Virus record (IMG/VR): IMGVR_UViG_3300048670_000210
Coordinates: 1 to 25,980 of that record
DNA from: a virus
Lineage: Duplodnaviria > Caudoviricetes
Direction: 5' to 3' (one strand)
Length of the DNA: 25,980 bases
Position numbers and translations under genes: made by a program. This document shows positions 1 to 11,400 of the stretch, in pieces. The notes below the pieces were generated by a model that saw only the letters and a program-made list of their open reading frames with translations, was not told the DNA's origin and did not search any database. The stretch's first letter is position 1; every line of letters begins with the position of its first letter.

Positions 1-1614
1 ACAACAAATAATATAAATTATATTCCGTATAATCTAGAACAATATAAAAATCCAGATAACTGTCCCTCTTATATTTTTAATACACTAAAATCTGAATTTA
101 TGTCAGATTTTGGTGTAAATTTATCTAGAGATAGACAAACAAATTTAAATTTAAATGAATCAAATATTTTAAAAAATATAAAACAATTTTATGACTCAAA
201 AGGAACCGTTGATTCAATAAAATTTTTATTCAGAATATTATATGATGCAGAGATAGAAATAAAATATCCAAGAGATGAGGTATTAAGACCATCAGATGGA
301 TCATATGTAACAAAAAATACAATTAAATGTTATTTAAAAAACTTTAATTTTATTAAATACATTAAAGCTGCAAAAATTTATCAATATAATGATAATGATT
401 CTGTTGTTGCTTCTTGCTATGCAACCCATCAAACAGTGAGAAAACAAAATGGAATATATGTTGCAGATATAGAAGTAAATCAAATAATTGGTACATTTGA
501 TATATCGAAACCAATTTATATTAAAAATATAATAGATGGTGCTGAGATTAAAGATTTTCCTTTAGAAGTTATTCCACAAACTGATTATGATATAAATTAT
601 TCAATATACGATTTGGATGGTACTGGTCTTATAGACGGTGGAGATATTGGTACACTATTAATATCATTTGGTCCAACTACCCCCGCAACAAGTTTACATG
701 ATTTTAATAAAGATGGCCAAATTAATTATGATGATTTGGCAATGTTATACGAAGAATACGGTAACCAAGCACAAGATATAGATACACCAATAGAAAATTC
801 TGTAATAAAAAGATCCATATACAAAATACCATTCAATAGAAGATCATATGGATATTGGGCAAAAACAAATTCTTTACTTTCAACTGGAAATGTTTTGCCA
901 GACAATATCTATTATCATGATTATTCATATGTTGTTAATGGAAAAATATCAGAAAAAAAATATTTAAACATTGTTAAAAAGTTAGGGCATCCAGCAGGAT
1001 TTAGTATATTTGGTTCTTATTCAGCAAAAACAAAAATACTATTTGATAGTCAAATTACCGGAGTTCCTGCACACATAACTTCTTCATTGTTACTTGGAAA
1101 TTATGCTGCATATACTTTTGAAACAAAACAGGATTTAAATGATATTCAAATATACAGCAATATTCCCGGATATAGGGCATATCCGGATGGATATAAAATT
1201 GGTTCGGATGGGCGTTCAGAAGATATCTCAACAGAATATGAAGCATATATTCTTCAAAATGAACAAAATGCCAAAATTTCAAAAAAAGATTTAGTGGTAT
1301 ATGATGGTGGAGCAGGAATCCCCTTAGAACCTGATGCACAACCTCCTCATCTTGCTCCTATAAATGACAGAGTATATAAGCAAGCAGTAAATGGTATTAA
1401 AATTAAATATCTTTTTGGCCAATTTACTGAACAAGATATAAGCACAACTACAGATAATTCAATAAAACCAATTAATAAATATTGGGCAGTTGGTATCCAT
1501 CCAAATAAATTAATACCTAGTATAAATAATGATACACCATTTGGTGAATTAAAATTACAAGATGTTTTAAATCTTGGTATTATAGCAGGAAATACAAATA
1601 ATGCAGAATCTTAA
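1..1614 (+). CDS. gp7: Baseplate wedge initiator gp7-like protein, 5'-partial, with an inserted dockerin-like module
   Basis: Frame 1 is open from base 1 (TTNNINYIPYNLEQY...) into the listed ATG at 100, so the true start is probably upstream of the window. It has the gp7-type N-terminal motif NIKQFYDSKGT..SIKFLFRILY....YP....LRPSDG and C-terminal motif DNIYYHDYSYVV...HPAGFSIFG, and lies directly upstream of gp8. Confidence 0.8.
   Translation, partial: TTNNINYIPYNLEQYKNPDNCPSYIFNTLKSEFMSDFGVNLSRDRQTNLNLNESNILKNIKQFYDSKGTVDSIKFLFRILYDAEIEIKYPRDEVLRPSDGSYVTKNTIKCYLKNFNFIKYIKAAKIYQYNDNDSVVASCYATHQTVRKQNGIYVADIEVNQIIGTFDISKPIYIKNIIDGAEIKDFPLEVIPQTDYDINYSIYDLDGTGLIDGGDIGTLLISFGPTTPATSLHDFNKDGQINYDDLAMLYEEYGNQAQDIDTPIENSVIKRSIYKIPFNRRSYGYWAKTNSLLSTGNVLPDNIYYHDYSYVVNGKISEKKYLNIVKKLGHPAGFSIFGSYSAKTKILFDSQITGVPAHITSSLLLGNYAAYTFETKQDLNDIQIYSNIPGYRAYPDGYKIGSDGRSEDISTEYEAYILQNEQNAKISKKDLVVYDGGAGIPLEPDAQPPHLAPINDRVYKQAVNGIKIKYLFGQFTEQDISTTTDNSIKPINKYWAVGIHPNKLIPSINNDTPFGELKLQDVLNLGIIAGNTNNAES
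607..762 (+). other. Tandem dockerin-like / EF-hand-like Ca2+-binding repeat within gp7
   Basis: Translates as YDLDGTGLIDGGDIGTLLISFG-PTTPATSLH-DFNKDGQINYDDLAMLYEEYG. There are two Dx[DN]xxGxI[DN]xxD loops, each followed by an amphipathic helix ending in aromatic-Gly. Confidence 0.75.
1521..1528 (+). promoter_or_regulatory. Possible T4-type late promoter for gp8 (intragenic)
   Basis: Exact TATAAATA about 70 nt upstream of the gp8 ATG. It could be a chance match in AT-rich DNA. Confidence 0.35.
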
Positions 1615-3400
1615 AAATTCATTAAAACTTAGAACATTGAAGACATTAAAAAATGATTTAATTTCTGGAAATCATTACTTATTTTTGGCTTCAACTATTT
1701 CTGATAATTCTGTAATATCCGATACAATATCAGAAAGTAATTCGGTTTTGCATGATTTAATTTCAGCATATAAAATACTACCTGGAGATGTTGCATATGC
1801 AATAGAATTAAACCCTTGGGAATCTGATACAATATATGATGAATATACCGATGACGTAAATTTAAAAAATAAAAATTTCTATGTAACTATAGAAAATACA
1901 GCATATAATCATTTAGATGTTTTTGTCTGTGTAAGTAATAATGATAAAAGCGTTAGTACAGAGATGCCATATTCTTCAACTGGTAATGATTTAAATTTTA
2001 TCATAACTTCTGATGATAATTATGTGTGGAAACATATGTATAGATTAATACAATGGAAAAATGATCCATTTACTACAAATACACACGTTAAAATACAACA
2101 AAATATTGATACCTACAGTGCATCTAATTTTGGTGGAATAGAAAAAATAAAAATAACTAAAATTGGTGGAATTTTCCCTAAAGCAGTTAATTTAAATTTA
2201 AATTCTGATTTTAATATCACAACACAAAATTTAAATACTAAAACTTTAACATTATCTACAGATAGTCTACAAAGCACTATAGCAAAGGATAGTGGAGCAA
2301 CTGCAACATATAATGATGATTATATGATTTATTTGTATAATCCAACAACACATGAATTTATTGCATCTTATACTATTGATACATATTCCTATTCATCTAC
2401 TCAAATTTCGTTGGTAACATGTGAATCAATGCCTCAGCTTCCTAATTTGACAGGATCACTTTATAAGATTTTGCCAAAATTAAAATTAAATGGCAATGGT
2501 ACAGGTTTAACTGTTATACCAAATATAGATCCAAATACTCTACAAATTGAATCTATTGATATTGTTGATTCTGGATCTGGTTATAGTGATTTACAAATAA
2601 CATCAATCAATGGATATGAATATAGACCAATATATTCTTTAGAAGGTGGTTTGGGATTTGATATTCTTAGAGATTTAAATTGCTCTGAGTTGATTATTAA
2701 AAAAGAAATAAATGCAACAAATAAAGGCATTTATGAATCTTTAACAACACCAAATTATAATGAAACAGAGACTCTTACTATAGGATCATCTGAAAGTAGT
2801 TTAATTTCTGGTGAAAGCAAATTTAATATAAATGTTAATTATATGCCAGCAATGGAAGATAATCAAATTTATAAATTTGGATTAATTTATAATAATGATA
2901 GTTCTAATTTTACAACAAATAATTTAACTACAATTAAAGGTTGTTCAGTTGTAACTATTTGGCAGGGTGAAAATATAAATGTTCCAAATATTTTGGATGA
3001 TACTGTAAATAATTTTAATATAAATGATTTAATTTGTCAAACAGATGTTAGTGGAAATATATTAGCCTATGGTAGGGTAATTTCTGTAAAATATTATTCC
3101 TATCCAGAAGGAGATGTTCCCGAATTATCAGAATCACAATTTAATGATGTAAAATTAAAATGTGCTAGACCAAAAATAGTAGTAAAAATGTATAAAGGAC
3201 AATTTTTAACTTCTAATGGTTTATTAAAAATATATGATATAAATAATAATACTACACAAGAAAGTGCATGGAAAGTATACAATAAAGTGGAATCAGATAT
3301 TATAAAAAATAAAGGAATTCCTCTTTATATTGAAAATACTGATCCAATTTCTCTAAGTTCGGATTCAACAGCAAATTTTAAAGTAATAATTTCTATCTAA
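1601..3400 (+). CDS. gp8: Baseplate wedge subunit gp8-like protein
   Basis: Motifs W....IYDEY, NFYV....VFVCVSNN...ST..P, DDNYVWKHMY and I.IVDSGSGY resemble gp8 of T4-like phages. AGGA RBS at 1587-1590; synteny after gp7. Confidence 0.85.
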   Translation: MQNLKNSLKLRTLKTLKNDLISGNHYLFLASTISDNSVISDTISESNSVLHDLISAYKILPGDVAYAIELNPWESDTIYDEYTDDVNLKNKNFYVTIENTAYNHLDVFVCVSNNDKSVSTEMPYSSTGNDLNFIITSDDNYVWKHMYRLIQWKNDPFTTNTHVKIQQNIDTYSASNFGGIEKIKITKIGGIFPKAVNLNLNSDFNITTQNLNTKTLTLSTDSLQSTIAKDSGATATYNDDYMIYLYNPTTHEFIASYTIDTYSYSSTQISLVTCESMPQLPNLTGSLYKILPKLKLNGNGTGLTVIPNIDPNTLQIESIDIVDSGSGYSDLQITSINGYEYRPIYSLEGGLGFDILRDLNCSELIIKKEINATNKGIYESLTTPNYNETETLTIGSSESSLISGESKFNINVNYMPAMEDNQIYKFGLIYNNDSSNFTTNNLTTIKGCSVVTIWQGENINVPNILDDTVNNFNINDLICQTDVSGNILAYGRVISVKYYSYPEGDVPELSESQFNDVKLKCARPKIVVKMYKGQFLTSNGLLKIYDINNNTTQESAWKVYNKVESDIIKNKGIPLYIENTDPISLSSDSTANFKVIISI

Positions 3401-3401
3401 A

Positions 3402-5459
3402 ATGACATTTAAACACCCACAAGATTTAAAAAATAGTCCATATTTTGATGATTTTAATGAAGAAAAGCAATTTTTACAAATGCTCTTCAAACCTGGATAT
3501 GCAGTTCAAGCAAGAGAACTGACACAACTCCAATCAATTTTACAAAACCAAATATCTAAAGTATCTGACCATTTATTTGTGGATGGCACTAAAGTATTTG
3601 GTGGAGAGGCTTCAGTTGGTACTTATTTCTTTGCTAGAGTAAAAACAAACAGTATGAAGGATGCATTAGGTGTATCCATATCATTTGCAACCTTTAAACA
3701 ATATTTTTATAATAGTTTAACTGAAAATTATAAATCATTTGTTCCATCTAATGTTTGTTTAGACGGACAAATTTACACAACACGAAATGGAATATTTAAT
3801 TTAGAACAAGATTTTCAAATACAAATTATTGATGTAATTGATCCTCTAGGAAATGATGAAGGTATAATAATATTTAAATTTATAAAAGGCTCTCTTGAAA
3901 ATTTAAATAAATTTACAATAACCAGCACACATCCTTTAGTATTAAAAGAAGTAACTAATGATAATTATGAAGGTCTAAACGCAAGTAAACCACTGAATAA
4001 TCCATCACAAAACTCAATTACATTTGAATTTATTAATAAAAAAATAATTGGTAATACCGTTTATGTTGAAAATTTTAATTCATGTTTAGTAGCATTTATT
4101 GAAGAAGGCATATTTTATAAAGATGGTAGATTTATAAAAAATCCCAAAACACAAATTGTTTTAAATAAAGTTGCATCAGTTCTGCCTTCCAATAAGATTG
4201 AAATTGAACAATCAATGAATACTGGGATAGGTGTTGCATATGCAAATAATTTATTAGAAAGAAGATTATTTTCATATCAATCAAAAAGAATAGGTTTTAG
4301 TGTAAATGTTGATTATGTAAACTTTGTTGACGATTCTTCATTGTTAGACAATGCTTCTGGATTTTTAAACGAAAGAGCACCTGGAGCAGATCGATTAAAA
4401 TATAATCTAGTCCCAACTCAACTATTATATGATGAAAATAATGTAGAACATTATGATGGAACCGATTTTATAGAAGTTGCTAGAGTAAAAAAAGGTATTC
4501 TATTATTTGCCAAAGAAAACACAGAATATGCAGAAATATTAAAACTTTTTGCAAAAAGAACTTATGATGAATCCGGTTCTTATACTGTTAGACCATTTCA
4601 ATTAGAATTTAGAGAACATTTAAGAAATGATGAATTTACATTAAATTTTTCTGCTAATTTTGATTATAGTAAAGTTGATGTTGGGGATTTTATTTTTAAA
4701 ACAGGAACAACCCCAAGTTCAAGATTAGCTAAACTAATAAACAATAATATAGAAAAACTGGATGATTCATACAAATATCCAAATGATATTTTAGATGAAC
4801 CAATAGGTATAGTGAAATCAGTACAAACAACAAAACTAATAATAATTCCATTAAATAAAGTATCATTCAATACTCTATCATTAAATGAACCTTTATCAAT
4901 AAAGCAATCCGATATATCGGGTCCTTCTGCATTTGCAAATATTGGCAGTTTAAATGGAACTGATACTGCTATAGAATATTCATACGATCAACAAGGAACA
5001 TATTTATTATCAGATGATGAACAAGGTAGTAATGATAAATTTGTATGTTTATTAGGACAAGGTAAAGGATATGTTGAAGGATTTGAAGTTGAAACAACAA
5101 CTCCGTATAGATTAACTGCAGATAAAGCAAGAGAAACAATATCAACAACCACAAATATTGATGTATTATTAGAAAATAAAATTTTATTAAGTGGAAATCC
5201 TGTTACACTATTTCCAAATACATATATTGATGATAATATCGTAGAAGAGCAATTAACAATTCGCTCTGGAAGTGTGTTGGTACAAATAGATTTTACTGGC
5301 ATTCCAACTGAAGGAACTGCTTCAGCAGAATTAATTCATGTAAGTTCTTTTATTAAAAATCAAACATTAAATCAATATATTGTAAACGGAAGTATCACTC
5401 AACCAAATAGAGAAACTGTATTATTCTGCAGAAATTCTGATTCTGCTCCGGTAATATAA
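3402..5459 (+). CDS. VrlC/DUF4815-type virion baseplate protein, N-terminal part
   Basis: Motifs PYFDDF....F...LFKPGYAVQARELTQLQSILQNQI, L.DNA.G..N..APGADRLK, AKRTYDESGSY.V.PF and GKGYVEGFEVE are characteristic of the N-terminal region of the large VrlC-like protein that follows gp8 in cyanophage-like myoviruses. Confidence 0.85.
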   Translation: MTFKHPQDLKNSPYFDDFNEEKQFLQMLFKPGYAVQARELTQLQSILQNQISKVSDHLFVDGTKVFGGEASVGTYFFARVKTNSMKDALGVSISFATFKQYFYNSLTENYKSFVPSNVCLDGQIYTTRNGIFNLEQDFQIQIIDVIDPLGNDEGIIIFKFIKGSLENLNKFTITSTHPLVLKEVTNDNYEGLNASKPLNNPSQNSITFEFINKKIIGNTVYVENFNSCLVAFIEEGIFYKDGRFIKNPKTQIVLNKVASVLPSNKIEIEQSMNTGIGVAYANNLLERRLFSYQSKRIGFSVNVDYVNFVDDSSLLDNASGFLNERAPGADRLKYNLVPTQLLYDENNVEHYDGTDFIEVARVKKGILLFAKENTEYAEILKLFAKRTYDESGSYTVRPFQLEFREHLRNDEFTLNFSANFDYSKVDVGDFIFKTGTTPSSRLAKLINNNIEKLDDSYKYPNDILDEPIGIVKSVQTTKLIIIPLNKVSFNTLSLNEPLSIKQSDISGPSAFANIGSLNGTDTAIEYSYDQQGTYLLSDDEQGSNDKFVCLLGQGKGYVEGFEVETTTPYRLTADKARETISTTTNIDVLLENKILLSGNPVTLFPNTYIDDNIVEEQLTIRSGSVLVQIDFTGIPTEGTASAELIHVSSFIKNQTLNQYIVNGSITQPNRETVLFCRNSDSAPVI

Positions 5460-5474
5460 TAAATATAATAAGGA
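5458..5474 (+). promoter_or_regulatory. Late-promoter variant (AATAAATA) and RBS (AAGGA) before the second VrlC-like ORF
   Basis: AATAAATA at 5458-5465 fits the NATAAATA consensus; AAGGA at 5470-5474 lies 6 nt before the ATG at 5481. Confidence 0.5.
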
Positions 5475-5480
5475 TTAAAG

Positions 5481-8400
5481 ATGCCAGAGATTAAATTTAC
5501 AACAACAATTTCAAATCCAACAATTAGCCAACAAAATTCGCTAACTGAATACGCATTAAAAACTGCTTCTATATCAAAGCAAAATGTTGTAAAAATTGTT
5601 TGCAATTCTCCATTTAGAGGTGAAGCAATATCTGCATATGATGAGACAGAACCAAGTACATTTATTGATGGTTATAATAATGTAAATGAATCCCCATATA
5701 TTGTAAAACAGTTTGATGAAAGAGGTTATGTCACTGCTTGGGGTTATCTATTAAGATATGTTCCTGGTGATACACAACAAACTTTTTATATTGAAATTCA
5801 AGAAGGTAATTTTTCATTAAAGAACGGTGTAATATTTAATAATAAAAAAGCAAAAAACTCAGTGAGTGTTGATGGTGGAAAATTATTTGGTTATGGTAGT
5901 AGTATTAGAGAAATTACCACATTAACTAATGTGTATAAATTAACGGCTGTTTACGATGAGGCTGGGCAATATCGATATAAATGGTTAGGTGATGGATATT
6001 CTGATGCAGAATTAGAATGGGATTTTGGTAATTTTACTGGTGGTAATTATTTAAAATTTAAACAAAAAAGTTCAACAACAAATCAAAATACTTCAGAAAA
6101 TGATATAGATATAGCAACTGGAAAAATTATAGCAGTATTAGTTGGAGCAAGCACTTCAACGGTTTCAGTTATTGTTGATTTTAATAAAGAAATTAATGAA
6201 TTTGAATATGGCGCAGAAACCGATTATTATATCGAAGATATCAACGCAACAACACCATGTGCAAGATATTATGTTGATGTTAGTGAACAATTAACTAAAG
6301 GCAGTACTATAGTTCAAGAAATAACATTTGGTGATGATGTTACTTTAGATGTCAACAGTACAACATATGTACCAACTGTAACCAGTTCATCACCATCAAA
6401 TAGAGTATATCAATATGATTGGAGATTTACAAGGCAAATTGAAGATGGTGCACAGATATATGAAGGAATTGACCCAACACAAAGTGCACAGGGGCTCATA
6501 GAAGGATCTGTTTTGGGTTGGTTTGCATATTCAAAACAACTTTATGTTATAATAAGTGGTTCACAATTTAGAATAGACTGTGGAACAATTTATCAAAGAA
6601 CATCTACATCTGGAACAGAATATTTAGGCGGTAATGGTATACATTCAATATCAGAACCCATACATGGGTTTTTCTTAAATATAAAAGAAGAATATACACC
6701 AGATATTAAAGGTGCATTTATTCCATCAACTTCTAGTTATATCGTCCAAAATGTAGATCCCACTGTTATTAGAGGATGGTATTCTGATCAACAATATTCT
6801 CCGGGTTCAATTGTTGTTCAATATAATGAAGATGATGAAAATGATTATATTAGTGCTAGAGTTGTAAAATGGATTCATCCAAATTCATTTGGTGAAAGTC
6901 TTTTAACCCCCAGCAGACTAATTTTAGAATATCCTTTAATAGAAGCCGCAAAATTTAATTTTATGTTAAATTCTGGTGCATATGAAAATAAAATTGTTCC
7001 ATTAAATCAAGATCGGGCCAGTTGGAAGTATACATTAACAAATACTGTAATTACTGGTTCGGGCATGATAGAGAACACACACTATAAGTATGAACAAATA
7101 TTAAATTACGATGATTATAGAGGACAATTATTAAATGAAGGGCCCAGCTTTTACATCAATGGCCCAAGAATTAATAATTACGGTGTTGCATTAGGCACAT
7201 GTGGTATTAGAAATATTACACCAACAGATAAAGTTGGAATTTATGATGTTTCTCTATTTTCTATTGAACCAAATATAAATTTTAATATTGGAGATATTAA
7301 AAAATATTTTAATAGTTTAACTTATTCATCATTATATCAAACCTCCATACTTTTTGAAATTAATACAAATTCTGTAGAAATAAATTATATCTCTGTAGAT
7401 AAAAGTGTAGATGGGACATTGGAGACTGGAGATATAATTACAACCAATCTCGGTTCTTATGGAATAATAAATTCAATTATTAGAGATTCTGATGGAGTAT
7501 TGCGAAAATTAATAGTAAAAAGAAGTAGTACAAGTTCAGCAATTACTGAAGATGAAATCATACAAACTTATAAGAGACGAGGAAATATATTTAACATTGC
7601 AGATAAATTATTAACTGTAACTGAAAATATACCTTTAAGCAATATTTTTATTGAAAACGAAAATTCTAATGGATTATTATATCCATTAGAACGTGGATAC
7701 TATTTCTCTAAAGTTAAATGCCCAATTGATATAAATTATAATAAATTAATTTATTCTAAATTTAGTGGTAGTTCAAATACAGTAACTTTCCAAGAATTGC
7801 AATTTGGTGATTTATTATTTAGTCCAAGCAATCCTAATAATTATATTTTATATAAAACTAATGATGGATCTATAAAGAAAATTGGAAGCGATTCTGGATT
7901 AATAAGTTATACAAATGTAAACAATGTACAAACAATAACAATACGAAAACCATCCGATATTGGTGCATCCAATTTTATATTTAATGGACACTTTAAAGGA
8001 AGTTTAAATGCAAATTATAGAATTAAAGATTTAGAAACAAAAACAAATGAATATAGAAGATTAATATATGATGATATTAGTCAAATATGGTATTGTTATT
8101 TAACTCTTTCTGATATTAAAGACTTATTAGAAGTCGTTAAAGAAAATGCTGATTTAACAACAAGTATAAATTTAGTAGATTATTTTGAATTAGATAATGG
8201 TCAACGGGATGATATCTATTCTTTCGGAAAGATAACACTTAAGTCATATAAGAAGAAAGAATTTTTTGATACATTAGGTCTAACAGAGAGTGATTATGCA
8301 ACAATAGGTGTACTTAGATTAAAGTTATCTTATACTTATTATTTACATAGAAGACAAAACAATAACGGTTTATTATATCCAACAGCAACAGCATCTGGTC

Positions 8401-11400
8401 CAGTAATTAGAGAATCTTATGTCTACGGTATAACCGCAGAGCAGCCAACAGGAATTCAAATACCATTAGAAGAAATTGGATATTATACTATAGAAAATAA
8501 AAAATATCATTTAAGTTCTTTACTTGATTTTAGACCAATTTTAAAACTTGAAAACGGTGTAGTATTAGCAGAAGATGAAAATCCTTTAACTGCAAATACA
8601 GAAATTGACCATCTATTCTCCCCAACTGAAAGTATTTACGGATTGCAAAATACTTATTACACATCAAGAATAGATAATCTTTATGTAAATAAAGATAAAC
8701 AATTTATTATACAAAAAGGAATCTCATCATTATCTCCAGTCGCACCAACCATAGATTCAAAATATGGAATGCACATATACACCGTATATGTCCCCGGATA
8801 CACAATTAATACAAAGGAAATACAGTATAGCAAAATAGAAAATAAACGCTATACTATGCGCGATATTGGTAAATTAGAAACAAGAATTAATAATTTAGAA
8901 TACTATACATCCCTTTCTCTTCTTGAGAAAGAAGCAACCGATATGGTAATTAAAGATGCAGATGGCAATACTAGAGATAAAAATGGTATTATAGTTGACT
9001 CATTTATTGGACATTCCGTTGGTGATGTAACAAATGTAGATTATAACTGTTCTATGGATTTTTCTTTAGGCTATTTGAGACCACCGTTCAAGACAACAAA
9101 ATTAAAATTAAGAACAAATAAACAAACTGAAGGAACTGTAGTTGCTAATTTTAAAGAGACAATGTCTACCAATATTGAAAATACTTTCTTTATACAAAAT
9201 GTTGGTACAGGTCTCTATATGTTACCCTTTGAACAAGAAATTTTTATACAACAACCATTAGCAACACAAGAACAACTACTGGCACCATTTGATGTTGTTC
9301 AATATGATGGTAAAATTATAATAGCACCAGCAGTAGATGATTGGGTTGATATAACAAGAAAACCTGATGTCACCGTTAATATTGATGGCAATAAAGACGC
9401 ATGGGAAAAGATGGTGGATATATTAAATAATAATAATCTTGCACCTTGGGGTACACAATGGACTGAATGGAAAGATGTTCCAGGTTCACGAACAACTTCT
9501 ATATTGAATAGAGGGCATGCTAGAGGTGCTGGCGGTGTTGCACAAGATTTGATTAAATGGGATCAAACAAGAACTCGTTTAGAAGGAACCAAATTAGTAG
9601 AAAAAGTAGAAACTACAGATTTAGGGGATAAGGTTGTAGATTTTGATATTAAACATTATACACGACCACAAACCTTAGACATATATTGTACTAATTTTAA
9701 ACCAAATACTAAGTTTTATGCTTTTTATGATGGTGTAAATGTTGAAGAATTTTGTTCCGTTGTGTTTAGTGATCTAAACAGAACGGGGCCAATTACACAA
9801 GCAGATACTGAACGATTAGTAAAATTTACAGATAAAGAAAACTTACCAACTGGCCCAAGAACAGATAAAAATGGAAATGTTCATATTAAATTTACAATAC
9901 CAGAAGGTAAATTTAGAACTGGTGATAAATTATTTGTAGTTACTGATAGTCAAAAGAATGATAGATATGATGACAATACAATAATGTATGGATTTGCTAC
10001 ATTTAGTTCATCTGGATTATCAATGACTAAACAAAGAGATATAATTTCAGTAAGAAGTTATGATCTTGCTAAAGATTCTGTTCCAGTACAAGAAAAAAGA
10101 ACACAACAACAAGTTAGAACTTGGGACCCTCTTGCTCAAACGTTCTTTGTTGATCCAATTGCATATCCAGATGGTATTTTCTTAAGAAGTGTTGATTTAT
10201 GTTTTGCAGATAAAGACCAAAATGCATCAGTTAAAGTTGAAATACGACCAGTCGTAAATGGATACCCAGATTCTGATAAAATTTATCCAAATGCAACATC
10301 AATACTTCCCCCATCAAAAGTAAAAGCTCTAAATGAATTAGAACTTCTGCCTAATTTTGATAATGCAGATACTGTAACTACATTTACATTTGATACTCCA
10401 GTTTATCTTGCTCCAGGGCAACATGCATTGGTTGTGAGAACCGATGTTACTTCATATTCAACTTATGTTGCAGAAATGGGTCGAAATGATATCAGAACAA
10501 ATCAAAGAGTAACACAACAGCCATATCAAGGGGTATTCTTTAAATCTGCAAATGCTTCTACATGGCAAGCAGATGGAAATATTGATTTAATGTTTAGATT
10601 GAATAAATGTGTTTTTGAAACTGGCATTAAGAGTCATTCATTTACAGTAGATACTTTAAATGATTTTAATAATACATTTGAACTTGATAGCAGCGAATTA
10701 ACATACGAATTAGTTAATGCTTCAGTGACTTATATGGATTTTAATTCTTGTAGATTATCTTTAACTTCATATTTAAAGAATGAAACTACATCATCATTTG
10801 ATATTATTCCTGTTATATCAAAAACAGATTTATATCTAAAACAACCATATAAATTGACTAAGAGCGATTTCCCAGATGCAAATACTATAGGTTATAGATT
10901 AATTTTAGAAACAAATAATCAATCAAAACACGTAAGTCCTGTTATAGATTTACAGCAATCTGGTATATTTTTTATTAAAAATATGATTGATACTGCAGAA
11001 TTAAATGCATCAGGCACACCAAAGACCGAATTAATAACTAGTGAATTGCTACCAAAGAGTATATTAAAAGCAGGAACAATAGCACAAACAACTCCTGCAT
11101 GTGTAAGATACATTACTAAACCAGTAACACTTGCAGATGAATTTACAGCTAAAAATGTTAAAGTATATTTAAGTACATGTTTGCCCTCTGGCACAAATAT
11201 TGATGTATACATCAAGGCCAAACCAACCCTTATTAAAGATAATTTTAATAATAATGAATATCAAAAATTGCAATATACTGGATCAGAATTTACTTCTATT
11301 GATGAAAATGATTATAGAGAAATGGTATTTGAATTGCCAGAAGATATTTCTGAATTTAATCAATTTGCTATTAAAATTTGTTTGTATTCATTAAACAGTG

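Noticed and set aside
3238-3245. TATAAATA inside gp8
   Set aside because: It is intragenic and about 155 nt from the next start. Several chance matches are expected in DNA this AT-rich.
5457-5480. Stop-codon readthrough or recoding joining the two VrlC-like ORFs
   Set aside because: There are four in-frame TAA codons plus a separate RBS, and TAA is the main stop codon in the window.
11200-11394. 64-aa + strand ORF inside the VrlC C-terminus
   Set aside because: Out-of-frame overlap with a conserved coding region; the I/L/K/M-rich composition is typical of an alternative-frame artefact.
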